Assembly: GCA_041746755.1 (NCBI GenBank)
Contig: JBGTGL010000035.1
Span: forward strand, 1-45,272
Direction of reading: 5' to 3'
Length of the DNA stretch: 45,272 nucleotides
Origin: Acidimicrobiia bacterium
GTDB taxonomy: Bacteria > Actinomycetota > Acidimicrobiia > Spongiisociales > ZC4RG35
The position numbers and the translations under genes are program-made. The notes beneath the pieces are model-generated. The model saw only the letters and a list, made by a program, of their open reading frames with translations, was not told where the DNA came from and made no database searches. Position 1 is the stretch's first letter; each line of letters begins with the position of its first letter. This document shows, one piece after another, positions 35,676 to 44,352 of the stretch.

Positions 35676-36100
35676 CTGAACAAAGACAGGAACCAATCCG
35701 CCCCGATGAGGTAATGGCCCCGGGGAAATCGATCCAACCCCGGCAACTCATTCAAGACACCGTGTTGATGATCCCGAACCTGGTCAAATTGATCGCCCGG
35801 CTCCTCGCCGATCCCCGGGTCCCCCGCCGTTCCAAGATGGCGCTCGCCGCCGCCGCCGCCTACGTCGTAAGTCCGATCGACCTGATCCCAGAGGTGATCC
35901 CGGTGATCGGTTGGGCCGATGACCTCATCTTCATCATGATGGCCCTCGACGCGTTGGTTGCCCGCTCGGGCCCGGAGATAGTCGAGGAACACTGGGATGG
36001 CCCCAACGACCTCCTTGGCCTCATCGAGGATGTGCTCTCGCTGGCCCGCAATGTGGTCCCGAGGCGGTTGCGGTCGTTGTTCGACCGGCTCAGCGGCTGA
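35672..36100 (+). CDS. DUF1232 (YkvA-like) membrane protein
   Basis: 142 aa. The core AAAAAYVVSPIDLIPEVIPVIGWADDL is the DUF1232 signature. Confidence 0.75.
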   Translation: MTEQRQEPIRPDEVMAPGKSIQPRQLIQDTVLMIPNLVKLIARLLADPRVPRRSKMALAAAAAYVVSPIDLIPEVIPVIGWADDLIFIMMALDALVARSGPEIVEEHWDGPNDLLGLIEDVLSLARNVVPRRLRSLFDRLSG

Positions 36101-36135
36101 TTCGACCGCGGCCAACGACAAGTTAGAGTCGGCTG

Positions 36136-37161
36136 ATGGCATTCAGCGACGGCATTGCGGATTTCCGCTCCGACACGGTTACCAGACCCACCCCAGAGAT
36201 GCTCGACGCTATGGCCGTGGCGCCTCTCGGTGACGACGTCTATCACGACGACCCCACCGTCCTTGCCCTCGAAGAGGAGTCGGCCGCCGTAACCGGCAAG
36301 GAGGCGGCGATCTTCGTGCCGACCGGAACGATGGGAAACCAGTTGGCCATCATGTTTCACACCAACCCCGGTGAAGAGATCCTGGCCCACGAGAGTTCCC
36401 ATGTGAGGAGCGTCGAGGCTGGTGCACCTCAGGCGCTCTCAGGCGTCGGTTTTCGCACGGTCGCCGGCCCCGCCGGCGAGATTCAGCCGGACGAGGTGGA
36501 AGATGCGATGAGCCTCGCGGGCTTCTTTCCGCGTATTGGATTGATGGTCTGGGAGAACACCCACAACATGTCAGGGGGACGGGTGGTACCCATCGAGCTC
36601 TTCGAGAAGACATCGGCGGTGGCCCGGAGCCACGGCCTGGCCATTCATCTCGACGGAGCGCGAATTTTTAACGCGGTCGTCGCTAGCGGGGTCGACGCGG
36701 CTCAATGGGCATCTCATGTCGACACGATTCAGTTCTGTTTCTCCAAAGGGCTGGGTGCACCGGTGGGTTCGATCGTGTGCGGAACTCAGGACACAATCGA
36801 CGAGATTCGGTTCTTACGGCGACGGCTTGGCGGTGGGATGAGACAGGCCGGAGTGGTGGCTGCTGCTGCCCGGGTCGCACTGGCCGACCGTGCAAGATTG
36901 GAGCTGGATCACCGTCTTGCGAAGCGACTTGGCTCTCTGGTGTCGGATCGGTTCCCCGGTTCACTCGAGGAAGGGGCGGTCGAGACCAATATGGTCGCAC
37001 CGGACTTTGCGACCATGGGGATGGAATGGGGCGAGATCAACTCCCGGCTCACAGACGCCGGCATCAAGACCAATCCTCCCTTGGGCAAAACCTGGCGTCT
37101 GGTGACTCATCGCGATGTGGACGACGACGACGTGGATCGTCTGATTGCCGCCCTCTCGTAA
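36136..37161 (+). CDS. ltaE: Low-specificity L-threonine aldolase (PLP-dependent)
   Basis: 341 aa. DFRSDTVTRPT, LGDDVY, PTGTMGNQ and FCFSKGLGAPVGS (PLP lysine region). Confidence 0.85.
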   Translation: MAFSDGIADFRSDTVTRPTPEMLDAMAVAPLGDDVYHDDPTVLALEEESAAVTGKEAAIFVPTGTMGNQLAIMFHTNPGEEILAHESSHVRSVEAGAPQALSGVGFRTVAGPAGEIQPDEVEDAMSLAGFFPRIGLMVWENTHNMSGGRVVPIELFEKTSAVARSHGLAIHLDGARIFNAVVASGVDAAQWASHVDTIQFCFSKGLGAPVGSIVCGTQDTIDEIRFLRRRLGGGMRQAGVVAAAARVALADRARLELDHRLAKRLGSLVSDRFPGSLEEGAVETNMVAPDFATMGMEWGEINSRLTDAGIKTNPPLGKTWRLVTHRDVDDDDVDRLIAALS

Positions 37162-37192
37162 CCATGGATACCCGGGTGGAGTCGAATTTTCT

Positions 37193-38125
37193 GTGAGTTA
37201 TGCGGTGCTTTTCCCTGGCCAGGGGAGTCAGTTTGTCGGAATGGGTGCCGGTCTCTTCGAGGCGTATCCCCAATTGCTGGGGGAGACTGCAGATGAGATC
37301 CTGGGGTGGTCGCTTCGCCGCATTTGTTTGGACGGTCCTGAAGAAACGCTGACCCGGACCGAGTATGCCCAGCCCGCTCTGTTTGCCCTCTCGTACGCAC
37401 TTTGGGTCGCCTGGAGGGAATCAGAGGCGACACTCCCCGCCGGCGGTGCCGGCCACTCATTGGGTGAGTACACAGCGCTTTCCGCGGCCGGGGCGATCCA
37501 ATTTGAGGAAGCTCTTCACCTGGTTGCCCTCCGTGGGCGTCTTATGAGCGATGCTGCCGATGCCGCCCCGTCCGGGATGGCAGCGCTCCTCGGTGTTGAT
37601 GTCGGGGTCGCCACCAACGTAGTGGAGGCGAGTGTCGCCAACGGTGGCTCATTGCAAATTGCCAACATCAATGCCCCCGGCCAAGTCGTGGTTGCCGGGA
37701 GCGTTTCGGACCTGGAGTGGTTGGCGGAAAATGGCAAAGATCTCGGTATCAGGAGATCGATCCCGCTCAAGGTCGCCGGGGCATTTCACTCGAGCTACAT
37801 GGCGTCGGCAGCGGAAGGCCTCGAGTCGGCCGTTTCTTCCAGCTCGTTCCAGTCTCCGGGTTTCCCGGTCTGGGCCAACGCAACTGCAAAGCCCTATTCA
37901 CCCACGGGCATCGCGTCAACTTTGATCGCTCAAGTGACGTCGCCTGTACTCTTCGAGGCGACCCTCCAGGACATGGCGGAGACGGGTCTCGGCACATTTG
38001 TCCACGTCGGCCCGGGAGACGTCACGGCCGGTTTAGCGAAAAGAACTCTGCCTGACGCAACGGTGCTCGCCGTAACCGATCTCGAAGACATCGAGTCTGC
38101 TGCCGCGGCTGTGGGTACGATGTAG
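37193..38125 (+). CDS. fabD: Malonyl-CoA:ACP transacylase
   Basis: LFPGQGSQ, GHSLGEYTAL (active-site Ser) and AFHS. I chose the GTG at 37193, which lies downstream of the ltaE stop, rather than track start 37145, which overlaps ltaE. Confidence 0.9.
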   Translation: MSYAVLFPGQGSQFVGMGAGLFEAYPQLLGETADEILGWSLRRICLDGPEETLTRTEYAQPALFALSYALWVAWRESEATLPAGGAGHSLGEYTALSAAGAIQFEEALHLVALRGRLMSDAADAAPSGMAALLGVDVGVATNVVEASVANGGSLQIANINAPGQVVVAGSVSDLEWLAENGKDLGIRRSIPLKVAGAFHSSYMASAAEGLESAVSSSSFQSPGFPVWANATAKPYSPTGIASTLIAQVTSPVLFEATLQDMAETGLGTFVHVGPGDVTAGLAKRTLPDATVLAVTDLEDIESAAAAVGTM

Positions 38126-38143
38126 TGAGCCGAGGAGCAAGGT

Positions 38144-39226
38144 ATGAATGCTGAGATAACTGGTTGGGGCAAGTGCATGCCCCCGAACGTCTTGAGCAAC
38201 CACGACCTGGAGCAGATCATCGAGACCTCCGATGACTGGATCACCAGTCGGACCGGGATCAAGGAACGACGAATTTCTCACGTGGAAGCTTCCGAGCTTG
38301 CCGCGGTCGCCGGGTTGCGCGCCCTGGCGGCGGCGGGCAGAACACCCGAAGAGGTCGATCTCATTTTGCTGGCGACCTGCAGCGGTGACTCGATAATTCC
38401 TTCTACTGCGTCACGGGTCCAAGACCGGATAGGCGCAACCAACGCCGCGGCGGTCGATTTGAATGCAGCTTGCTCGGGTTTCGTGTATGGCATGGTGATG
38501 GGGACAAACATGATTCGGGGAGGGACCGATCAGGTGGTCCTGGTGATCGGCACCGAGAAACTTCACTACCTGATGGACTTCACCGACCGTACAACCTGTG
38601 TCCTGTTCGGAGATGGCGCCGGTGCCGTGGTTCTGGAACCATCGGATGATTCGATTGGCCTCCTCGGCTCCGAGCTCGGCATCGACGGCTCGGCCGGGAA
38701 ATTCCTCGAGGTACCGGCGGACGGGACCCAGGGCAATCCGGAGCACCGCGACCCGGCCCTGTGCGGAATTTCGATGGAGGGCCAGGAAATCTTCCGGCGG
38801 GCAGTGACGATGATGGCCGAGAGCTCTCACATCGCTTTGGAACGCTCCGACCTCGAACTCGCCGACGTCGATCTTCTGATTCCACACCAGGCAAACGTTC
38901 GGATTATCGACGCCACCGCCAGGAAAATGGGTATCGATCCCAACAAGGTCTTTGTAAATATTCAATCGTACGGGAACACGTCCGCGGCCACCGTCCCCGT
39001 CGCGCTAACCGAGGCTCTGGAACAGGGTCGGATTGCTCCCGGCGATATCGTCGCCTTTACCGCCTTTGGAGGTGGGCTCACTTGGGGATCGGCGATCTAC
39101 CGCTGGGGAAGCCGGGTCGAACCCCTGGGCGAGAGCGACGCTGAGCTGCCTCCGACCGAGCTGACGACGATGGACCTCCTGCAACCCAATTTTGACTTCT
39201 TCGGTACTCCGGAGAGGTCGGCGTGA
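38144..39226 (+). CDS. fabH: 3-oxoacyl-ACP synthase III (KAS III)
   Basis: DDWITSRTGIKERR, AACSGF (catalytic Cys), HQANVRI and GNTSAATVP. It carries about 40 extra C-terminal residues. Confidence 0.9.
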   Translation: MNAEITGWGKCMPPNVLSNHDLEQIIETSDDWITSRTGIKERRISHVEASELAAVAGLRALAAAGRTPEEVDLILLATCSGDSIIPSTASRVQDRIGATNAAAVDLNAACSGFVYGMVMGTNMIRGGTDQVVLVIGTEKLHYLMDFTDRTTCVLFGDGAGAVVLEPSDDSIGLLGSELGIDGSAGKFLEVPADGTQGNPEHRDPALCGISMEGQEIFRRAVTMMAESSHIALERSDLELADVDLLIPHQANVRIIDATARKMGIDPNKVFVNIQSYGNTSAATVPVALTEALEQGRIAPGDIVAFTAFGGGLTWGSAIYRWGSRVEPLGESDAELPPTELTTMDLLQPNFDFFGTPERSA

Positions 39227-39969
39227 CAGAAGGGGTAGCGCGAGTGGCCCTCGTTACCGGGGGCTCTCGGGGCATAGGCCGGGCCATCGCCGAAAGTCTC
39301 GCTGGCTCCGGGCATCGGATCGCCGTCAACTACTCGGCTAATCGGGATGCTGCCGACGAGGTGGTATCCGGGATCGAATCCAGTGGCGGCGTTGCAGTTG
39401 CCATCCAGGCAGACGTTTCCAGCCGCGACGATGTCGACGTGTTGTTCGACTCCGTTTCGGCACAATTGGGCCCCGTCGAAATCCTGGTCAATAATGCGGG
39501 AATCACGAGGGACAATCTCTTACTGCGGATGACCGACGAGGACTTCGATCGGGTGATTTCGACCAACCTGCGCTCGACATTTCTTTGTACCAAGACCGCT
39601 TTACGGGCGATGCTGCGAGCCAGGTGGGGCAGGGTGATTTCGATAGCGTCGGTAGCAGGGATTTCGGGAAATGCGGGCCAAGCGAACTACGCCGCGTCCA
39701 AGGCCGGGATCATCGGCTTCTCGAAATCTGTGGCCAAAGAGGTAGGTTCGCGAGGGATTACATCGAACGTCATCGCGCCGGGGTTCATCGAGACGGACAT
39801 GACCGACGAACTTGGCGATGAAGTGAAAAGCACGGCCATGGGATCGATCTCCCTCGGTCGATTCGGGGTCCCTGCTGAGGTGGCCGCAGCGGTAGATTTT
39901 TTGGCTTCGGATGGCGGCGGATACATAACAGGCCAGGTTTTGGCGGTGGACGGCGGCATCACGCTGTAA
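39223..39969 (+). CDS. fabG: 3-oxoacyl-ACP reductase (SDR)
   Basis: VTGGSRGIG, NNAG and YAASKAG. GTGA overlap with fabH. Confidence 0.9.
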   Translation: MTEGVARVALVTGGSRGIGRAIAESLAGSGHRIAVNYSANRDAADEVVSGIESSGGVAVAIQADVSSRDDVDVLFDSVSAQLGPVEILVNNAGITRDNLLLRMTDEDFDRVISTNLRSTFLCTKTALRAMLRARWGRVISIASVAGISGNAGQANYAASKAGIIGFSKSVAKEVGSRGITSNVIAPGFIETDMTDELGDEVKSTAMGSISLGRFGVPAEVAAAVDFLASDGGGYITGQVLAVDGGITL

Positions 39970-40005
39970 GTTCACTTCCAACATTTGAGATAGGAGATAG
40001 AGAAA

Positions 40006-40251
40006 ATGGAAAGAAGTGATGTGTCAGAGCGCCTCGGCGGCGTCCTGGTAAGTGAGCTCGGCCTCGATGCCGCGAAGATAAATGACGACGCACACTTTGA
40101 GGAAGACCTCGACGTGGACAGTCTCGGCGTCGTCGAGCTGCTGATGGCTCTCGAAGATGAGTTCGACGTCAAGATCCCGGACGAAGACGCGGAGTCGATC
40201 ATGACTGTCGGTCAGGCCATCGACCTCGTTTACGGGAAACTCAAGGAGTAG
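40006..40251 (+). CDS. acpP: Acyl carrier protein
   Basis: 81 aa with DLDVDSLGVVELLMALEDEF, which contains the phosphopantetheine Ser in the DSL motif. Confidence 0.9.
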   Translation: MERSDVSERLGGVLVSELGLDAAKINDDAHFEEDLDVDSLGVVELLMALEDEFDVKIPDEDAESIMTVGQAIDLVYGKLKE

Positions 40252-40366
40252 CTCTTCCTCCCCCCAAAGGCGGAGTCGGAGTTCTGTGCTCCCCCAAAAA
40301 GCGGAGCCACATGGGGGAGTAGCGCCGAGGCACGAGGCGGGGTGGAGGGACCGAGAGCCTCGCGCC

Positions 40367-40633
40367 TCAGCTGGCCTGTTGCTCTCGCCACTCGGCGAGA
40401 CTGCGGTAGACGAGGACCAGTACCAGCACCATTCCGACGGTCACCGTGAGAAACGCGGCCACAGCGACCAGCCAGGACCAGCCCGGACAGGGTGTGATTG
40501 CCCCCGGAGGGTCCGACGTCGTGCAGCTGAGGTCGGTTGCCGCCCATCCGAGGAACCCGGCAAGGAGGCCAATCGCGAGTGAGGGCACCGCGATCCACGG
40601 ATTGGGCAACCGTCGGCCCCCGGATCTCGTCAC
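40367..40633 (-). CDS. Small membrane protein (2 TM, Cys-containing loop)
   Basis: 88 aa. Its start overlaps the stop of the upstream membrane gene by 4 nt. Confidence 0.45.
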   Translation of the reverse strand: MTRSGGRRLPNPWIAVPSLAIGLLAGFLGWAATDLSCTTSDPPGAITPCPGWSWLVAVAAFLTVTVGMVLVLVLVYRSLAEWREQQAS

Positions 40634-41370
40634 TTTCGCCGACCGTGCTCATCGATTCCGGCTTGGTCGAGGATCTCGGAGGGGGCCAGTTCGGGCGGAA
40701 TCGCATAGGTAGTCCCTTTTTCGATGAGTGGCCGGAACGCCACGGCGACTTCATTGGACCACGAGATCACGCCGATCGTTACTCCTACAACGAGGGCCGC
40801 CATGGCGTGGGGGAGGGGCATCATGGGAGCCATCGTTAGCGCGAGCAGAGGCACACCAAATCTCAACAAGGCGAGGCCACCGTCGATAGTCCTGCTGTAA
40901 AGGAAGGCAAAGACGGGAACGATCACAGCGTAAAACACGACCCATCCGTTGGGCTCATACGGGACGAGCCCCAACAGTAACGGTGCGGATACTCCAAGAA
41001 GGGAAACGATCAGGGCGAGCACGGGAGGGCCTGATGCGGCGGGCAATTTCCGTACCAGGCGACTGGCAGCGGGAACCAAAAGGGCGATGAGGGAGATGCA
41101 GGACATCGCGACCGCCACCACCCCGATGAGGTCGATCGGTCGGGCCAGGGCGAGCAGAAACGTGACCCCAACCATGCCGATAAGTAGACGGTAAGCCCAA
41201 GGCGACCCAACCAGAACGAGGGCGACCGTGCCGATGGTGGTTAGGGCAATGATGCCTATTCCGATGAGGAGGACGGAGAGCTGTGAGTAGCTACCGGGTT
41301 CGATCATCAGGGCGACTACCCATACCAGAACCGTAGCCAACGGAAGAGCGGCGATCAGAGTGAATCTCAC
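40630..41370 (-). CDS. Polytopic membrane protein, unknown function
   Basis: 246 aa with about 7 hydrophobic segments. No recognisable motif. Confidence 0.55.
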   Translation of the reverse strand: MRFTLIAALPLATVLVWVVALMIEPGSYSQLSVLLIGIGIIALTTIGTVALVLVGSPWAYRLLIGMVGVTFLLALARPIDLIGVVAVAMSCISLIALLVPAASRLVRKLPAASGPPVLALIVSLLGVSAPLLLGLVPYEPNGWVVFYAVIVPVFAFLYSRTIDGGLALLRFGVPLLALTMAPMMPLPHAMAALVVGVTIGVISWSNEVAVAFRPLIEKGTTYAIPPELAPSEILDQAGIDEHGRRK

Positions 41371-41395
41371 CAGCCCAGTTTCGCAGCAGAAACGG

Positions 41396-42070
41396 TCAAG
41401 CCGAAGTTGGGTCTCCCTGGTCGGTACCGCCGGCTACTGCTCTGAGATCTGCTTTCTCGCCGAATCCTGGTGTGTCTCCGGGTGACCAGATCGTTTCTTC
41501 GATCCAGGTTGTTCCGGGACGCAGTGTGATTACCGATCCATGGCCCGGCTTGTCCTGGTGGAGGTGGCCCAAAGGGGCACCGACCAATCGAAGCCGTCCA
41601 GCCTGAATCGGGTCCTGGTGGGAAACTATGACGACATCACCGTGGGGATGCTCAGCATCGAGTCGGCGAGCCACACCCGCCATACGATCTGCGAGATCGG
41701 CGAGCGATTCTGATTCGAACGGCAGCGATTCGGGATGTTCGAGATACGCCTCCAGTTCTCCGGGAAACCTGCCAGGAATCTCGCCCCATCGATGCCCCTG
41801 CCAACGATCAACCGCAGACCATTCCGTGAGGTCATGGTCCACTCTTACCGGGACCCCGGAACGGGCCGCAATCTCTTCTGCTGTCCGCAACGAGCGCTCG
41901 AGCGGCGATGACCAGATGGCAACCACCGCCCGCGGTCCCAGGTACCGACCCACTTTGCGCGCCTGTTCCACGCCCAGCGTGGACAGGCCAAATACGGGGA
42001 GTGTGCCGTAAACGATTTGATCGGGGTTCGAGACTTCCCCGTGACGAACGAGGTGGACCAATGCTGCCAT
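41396..42070 (-). CDS. Histidine phosphatase (phosphoglycerate mutase-like) family protein
   Basis: LVRHGE (RHG catalytic motif), SSPLERSLRTAE and a later SHQD. Confidence 0.8.
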   Translation of the reverse strand: MAALVHLVRHGEVSNPDQIVYGTLPVFGLSTLGVEQARKVGRYLGPRAVVAIWSSPLERSLRTAEEIAARSGVPVRVDHDLTEWSAVDRWQGHRWGEIPGRFPGELEAYLEHPESLPFESESLADLADRMAGVARRLDAEHPHGDVVIVSHQDPIQAGRLRLVGAPLGHLHQDKPGHGSVITLRPGTTWIEETIWSPGDTPGFGEKADLRAVAGGTDQGDPTSA

Positions 42071-42122
42071 GTGCCGTCAGTTTGGCTGGTCTCCCCACTT
42101 GTGTCAGGTATCTTCGGGTGTT

Positions 42123-43322
42123 GTGTGGACCGAACCGATTCTGCATGTTGATATGGACTCCTTCTTTGTCGAGGTGGAACGTCTCGGTCGACCCGACCTG
42201 CGCGGGCGCCCGGTGGCTGTCGGTGGCGTAGGCGGACGCGGGGTGATTGCCTCGGCTTCTTATGAGGCGAGGGGGTTCGGGGTTCGTTCGGCACAGCCGA
42301 CTGCGGTGGCTATGCGACTCTGCCCTCAGTTGGAGGTCATCTCTCCGGCCCACAGTCGCTATGGCGAGATCTCGGCACGTGTGTTTGAGCTCTTCCGGTC
42401 GGTCACCCCGATGGTGGAGGGGCTCAGTCTCGATGAAGCGTTTCTCGATGTGTCCGGACTAAAGAAACACTTTCAATCGCCGGTAATCATTGGTGAAACA
42501 GTTCGAGCGAGATTGAGGTCCGAGCTTTCGCTGCCGGCATCGGTCGGAGTCGCTTCGAATAAGTTCATTGCCAAACTCGCTTCGGAGGCTGCCAAACCGA
42601 ATGGGCTAAAACACATTCCGTCCGAGAGCCAGTTGCATTTCCTGCACGCACTCCCGGTCGAGGAGCTATGGGGAGTGGGCCCGGCGACTCTGGCTGGCTT
42701 ACAGAAGCTGGGCATAGTCACCGTTGGTGACCTGGCCATGGTCCCTGAGCCGACGTTGATCCGAAATCTCGGGCCGAGTCAGGGGAGTCACTTGCTCGCT
42801 CTTGCCTCGGGCATCGATTCCAGAACGGTTGTTCCTGATACCGCATCGAAGTCGATATCTGTGGAGGAAACCTACTCCGTGGATTTGGAGGGTCGAAGCC
42901 TGGTGGAATCGGCGCTACTTGCACACTCCCAACAGTTGGCGCAACGCTTTCGACAGGCCGGTCTCGGTGCACGGACGATTTCACTCAAGGTCAGATTCGC
43001 CGATTTCACCACAGTTACCCGGTCACGGACGGTGGCCCATGTGATCAGCCAGGCACGCGACCTGTACCGGGTGGGATTGGATCTCCTCGCTTCGGTCCCG
43101 GATGACCAATCGATCCGGCTCCTCGGGCTCGGGGGTTCGTCATTTGAACCGGCGGAGGCACCAGGCCAGATCTCAATTGATGACGGAGATGCCTGGCATC
43201 GGGTCGGGGATGCGGTTGCCGAGGTCCAGGACAGGTTTGGAGTTTCGGCACTCAAACCAGCGAGGCTTTTGGGCGACGGGCGGGAGAGGGTTCCGGGGAC
43301 CGATCCCGACAAATCAGACTGA
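42123..43322 (+). CDS. dinB: DNA polymerase IV (Y-family)
   Basis: ILHVDMDSFFVEVE, SLDEAFLDV, SVGVASNKFIAKLAS and LWGVGP. The GTG at 42123 is preferred, because the track start 42069 would overlap the divergent gene's start codon. Confidence 0.9.
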   Translation: MWTEPILHVDMDSFFVEVERLGRPDLRGRPVAVGGVGGRGVIASASYEARGFGVRSAQPTAVAMRLCPQLEVISPAHSRYGEISARVFELFRSVTPMVEGLSLDEAFLDVSGLKKHFQSPVIIGETVRARLRSELSLPASVGVASNKFIAKLASEAAKPNGLKHIPSESQLHFLHALPVEELWGVGPATLAGLQKLGIVTVGDLAMVPEPTLIRNLGPSQGSHLLALASGIDSRTVVPDTASKSISVEETYSVDLEGRSLVESALLAHSQQLAQRFRQAGLGARTISLKVRFADFTTVTRSRTVAHVISQARDLYRVGLDLLASVPDDQSIRLLGLGGSSFEPAEAPGQISIDDGDAWHRVGDAVAEVQDRFGVSALKPARLLGDGRERVPGTDPDKSD

Positions 43323-43394
43323 CACAAGAACCCCTCCCCTCATCTCCGAGTCGGTGTAAAGTTGGGGGAGTCGGGTATAGACAAGAGGTTGCAA

Positions 43395-43703
43395 ATGCCC
43401 CTTGACGATCGTGAACAAAAAATTCTGGCTGACATAGAACGTCAGTTTTACGAAGAAGACCCTGAGCTGGCTCGAGCCGTCAAAGGCGTCGACTCTGGTT
43501 CGTCGCGAACCCGGGTTCGTCTCGCCGCAGTGGGAGTATTCCTCGGCCTGGCCACGATCCTCTTTTTCTTCGCAACAAATACCGTCGTAGCCTTGATCGG
43601 CTTCGCTGTATTGGTCGGGTCGGCGACGATTCTTGCCCCCGAAATCAAGCGTTGGGTTTCCCCGCCAGCGGTGGAACTCGAAGACTCAGACACCGAGATT
43701 TAA
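43395..43703 (+). CDS. DUF3040 family membrane protein
   Basis: Starts MPLDDREQKILADIERQFYEEDPEL, the DUF3040 signature, followed by two TM segments. AAGAGG RBS upstream of ATG 43395. Confidence 0.8.
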   Translation: MPLDDREQKILADIERQFYEEDPELARAVKGVDSGSSRTRVRLAAVGVFLGLATILFFFATNTVVALIGFAVLVGSATILAPEIKRWVSPPAVELEDSDTEI

Positions 43704-43845
43704 CTCCCGATCTCGACCTCCGCCTTTCCGGTGAGTCGGCTAAGGTTGCGAACCCAGCAGTCCTTCTCCTGAGGACGTGTGACAGCTGGTATAAATTTTT
43801 GGATAACGCTCGCGTGGAGCGTGTCGAGGTTTTAGGAAGGGAAGA

Positions 43846-44346
43846 GTGGAGCAATCATTTACAGCCGACCAGGCTTGTCGGCTGACCAATTGCACACACC
43901 ATCAACTGAGGTATTGGGATAGGGTCGGCCTGGTTCAACCCTCGCTCCAGGCAAGCGGGGGCCGCCCCGGGGTACGTCGTCTTTACTCATTCAGAGATCT
44001 AGTTGCACTCCGCGTCGTGCGAAGTCTCCTTGACAATGGCATGTCGTTGCAACGGGTCCGGCGAGCGTGGGATTATCTGCGTCGCGAGGGAGGGATGGAC
44101 AGCCATCTGTCTGAGGTGAAGCTGGTAACCGATGGTCAGAGCATCTTCCGGGTGAGTTCGGACGAGGGCGAGATCCTCGACGCACTTCGGGAAGGTCAGT
44201 TGTCCTTCTTTGTCGCCATCGACCAGATTGCCCGCGAGGTCGAAGAGGATGTCACTCGCTTCGAACTCGACAAGGACCGCTTCTTGACCATGTTGCGCCG
44301 TGTTGAGAATGACATCGCCGAGGAGCGCCAGGGTTTGGGCTCCTAA
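43846..44346 (+). CDS. MerR family transcriptional regulator
   Basis: 166 aa with a GTG start. The N-terminal HTH reads FTADQACRLTNCTHHQLRYWDRVGLV...RLYSFRDLVALRVV. Confidence 0.8.
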   Translation: MEQSFTADQACRLTNCTHHQLRYWDRVGLVQPSLQASGGRPGVRRLYSFRDLVALRVVRSLLDNGMSLQRVRRAWDYLRREGGMDSHLSEVKLVTDGQSIFRVSSDEGEILDALREGQLSFFVAIDQIAREVEEDVTRFELDKDRFLTMLRRVENDIAEERQGLGS

Positions 44347-44352
44347 TACGAC

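Noticed and set aside
42102-42120. TGTCAGGT-like sequence upstream of dinB resembling the mycobacterial RecA-independent (PafBC) damage promoter motif
   Set aside because: The match to TGTCRGTG is imperfect and no correctly spaced TAnnnT follows. This is too weak to call without a genome-wide motif model.
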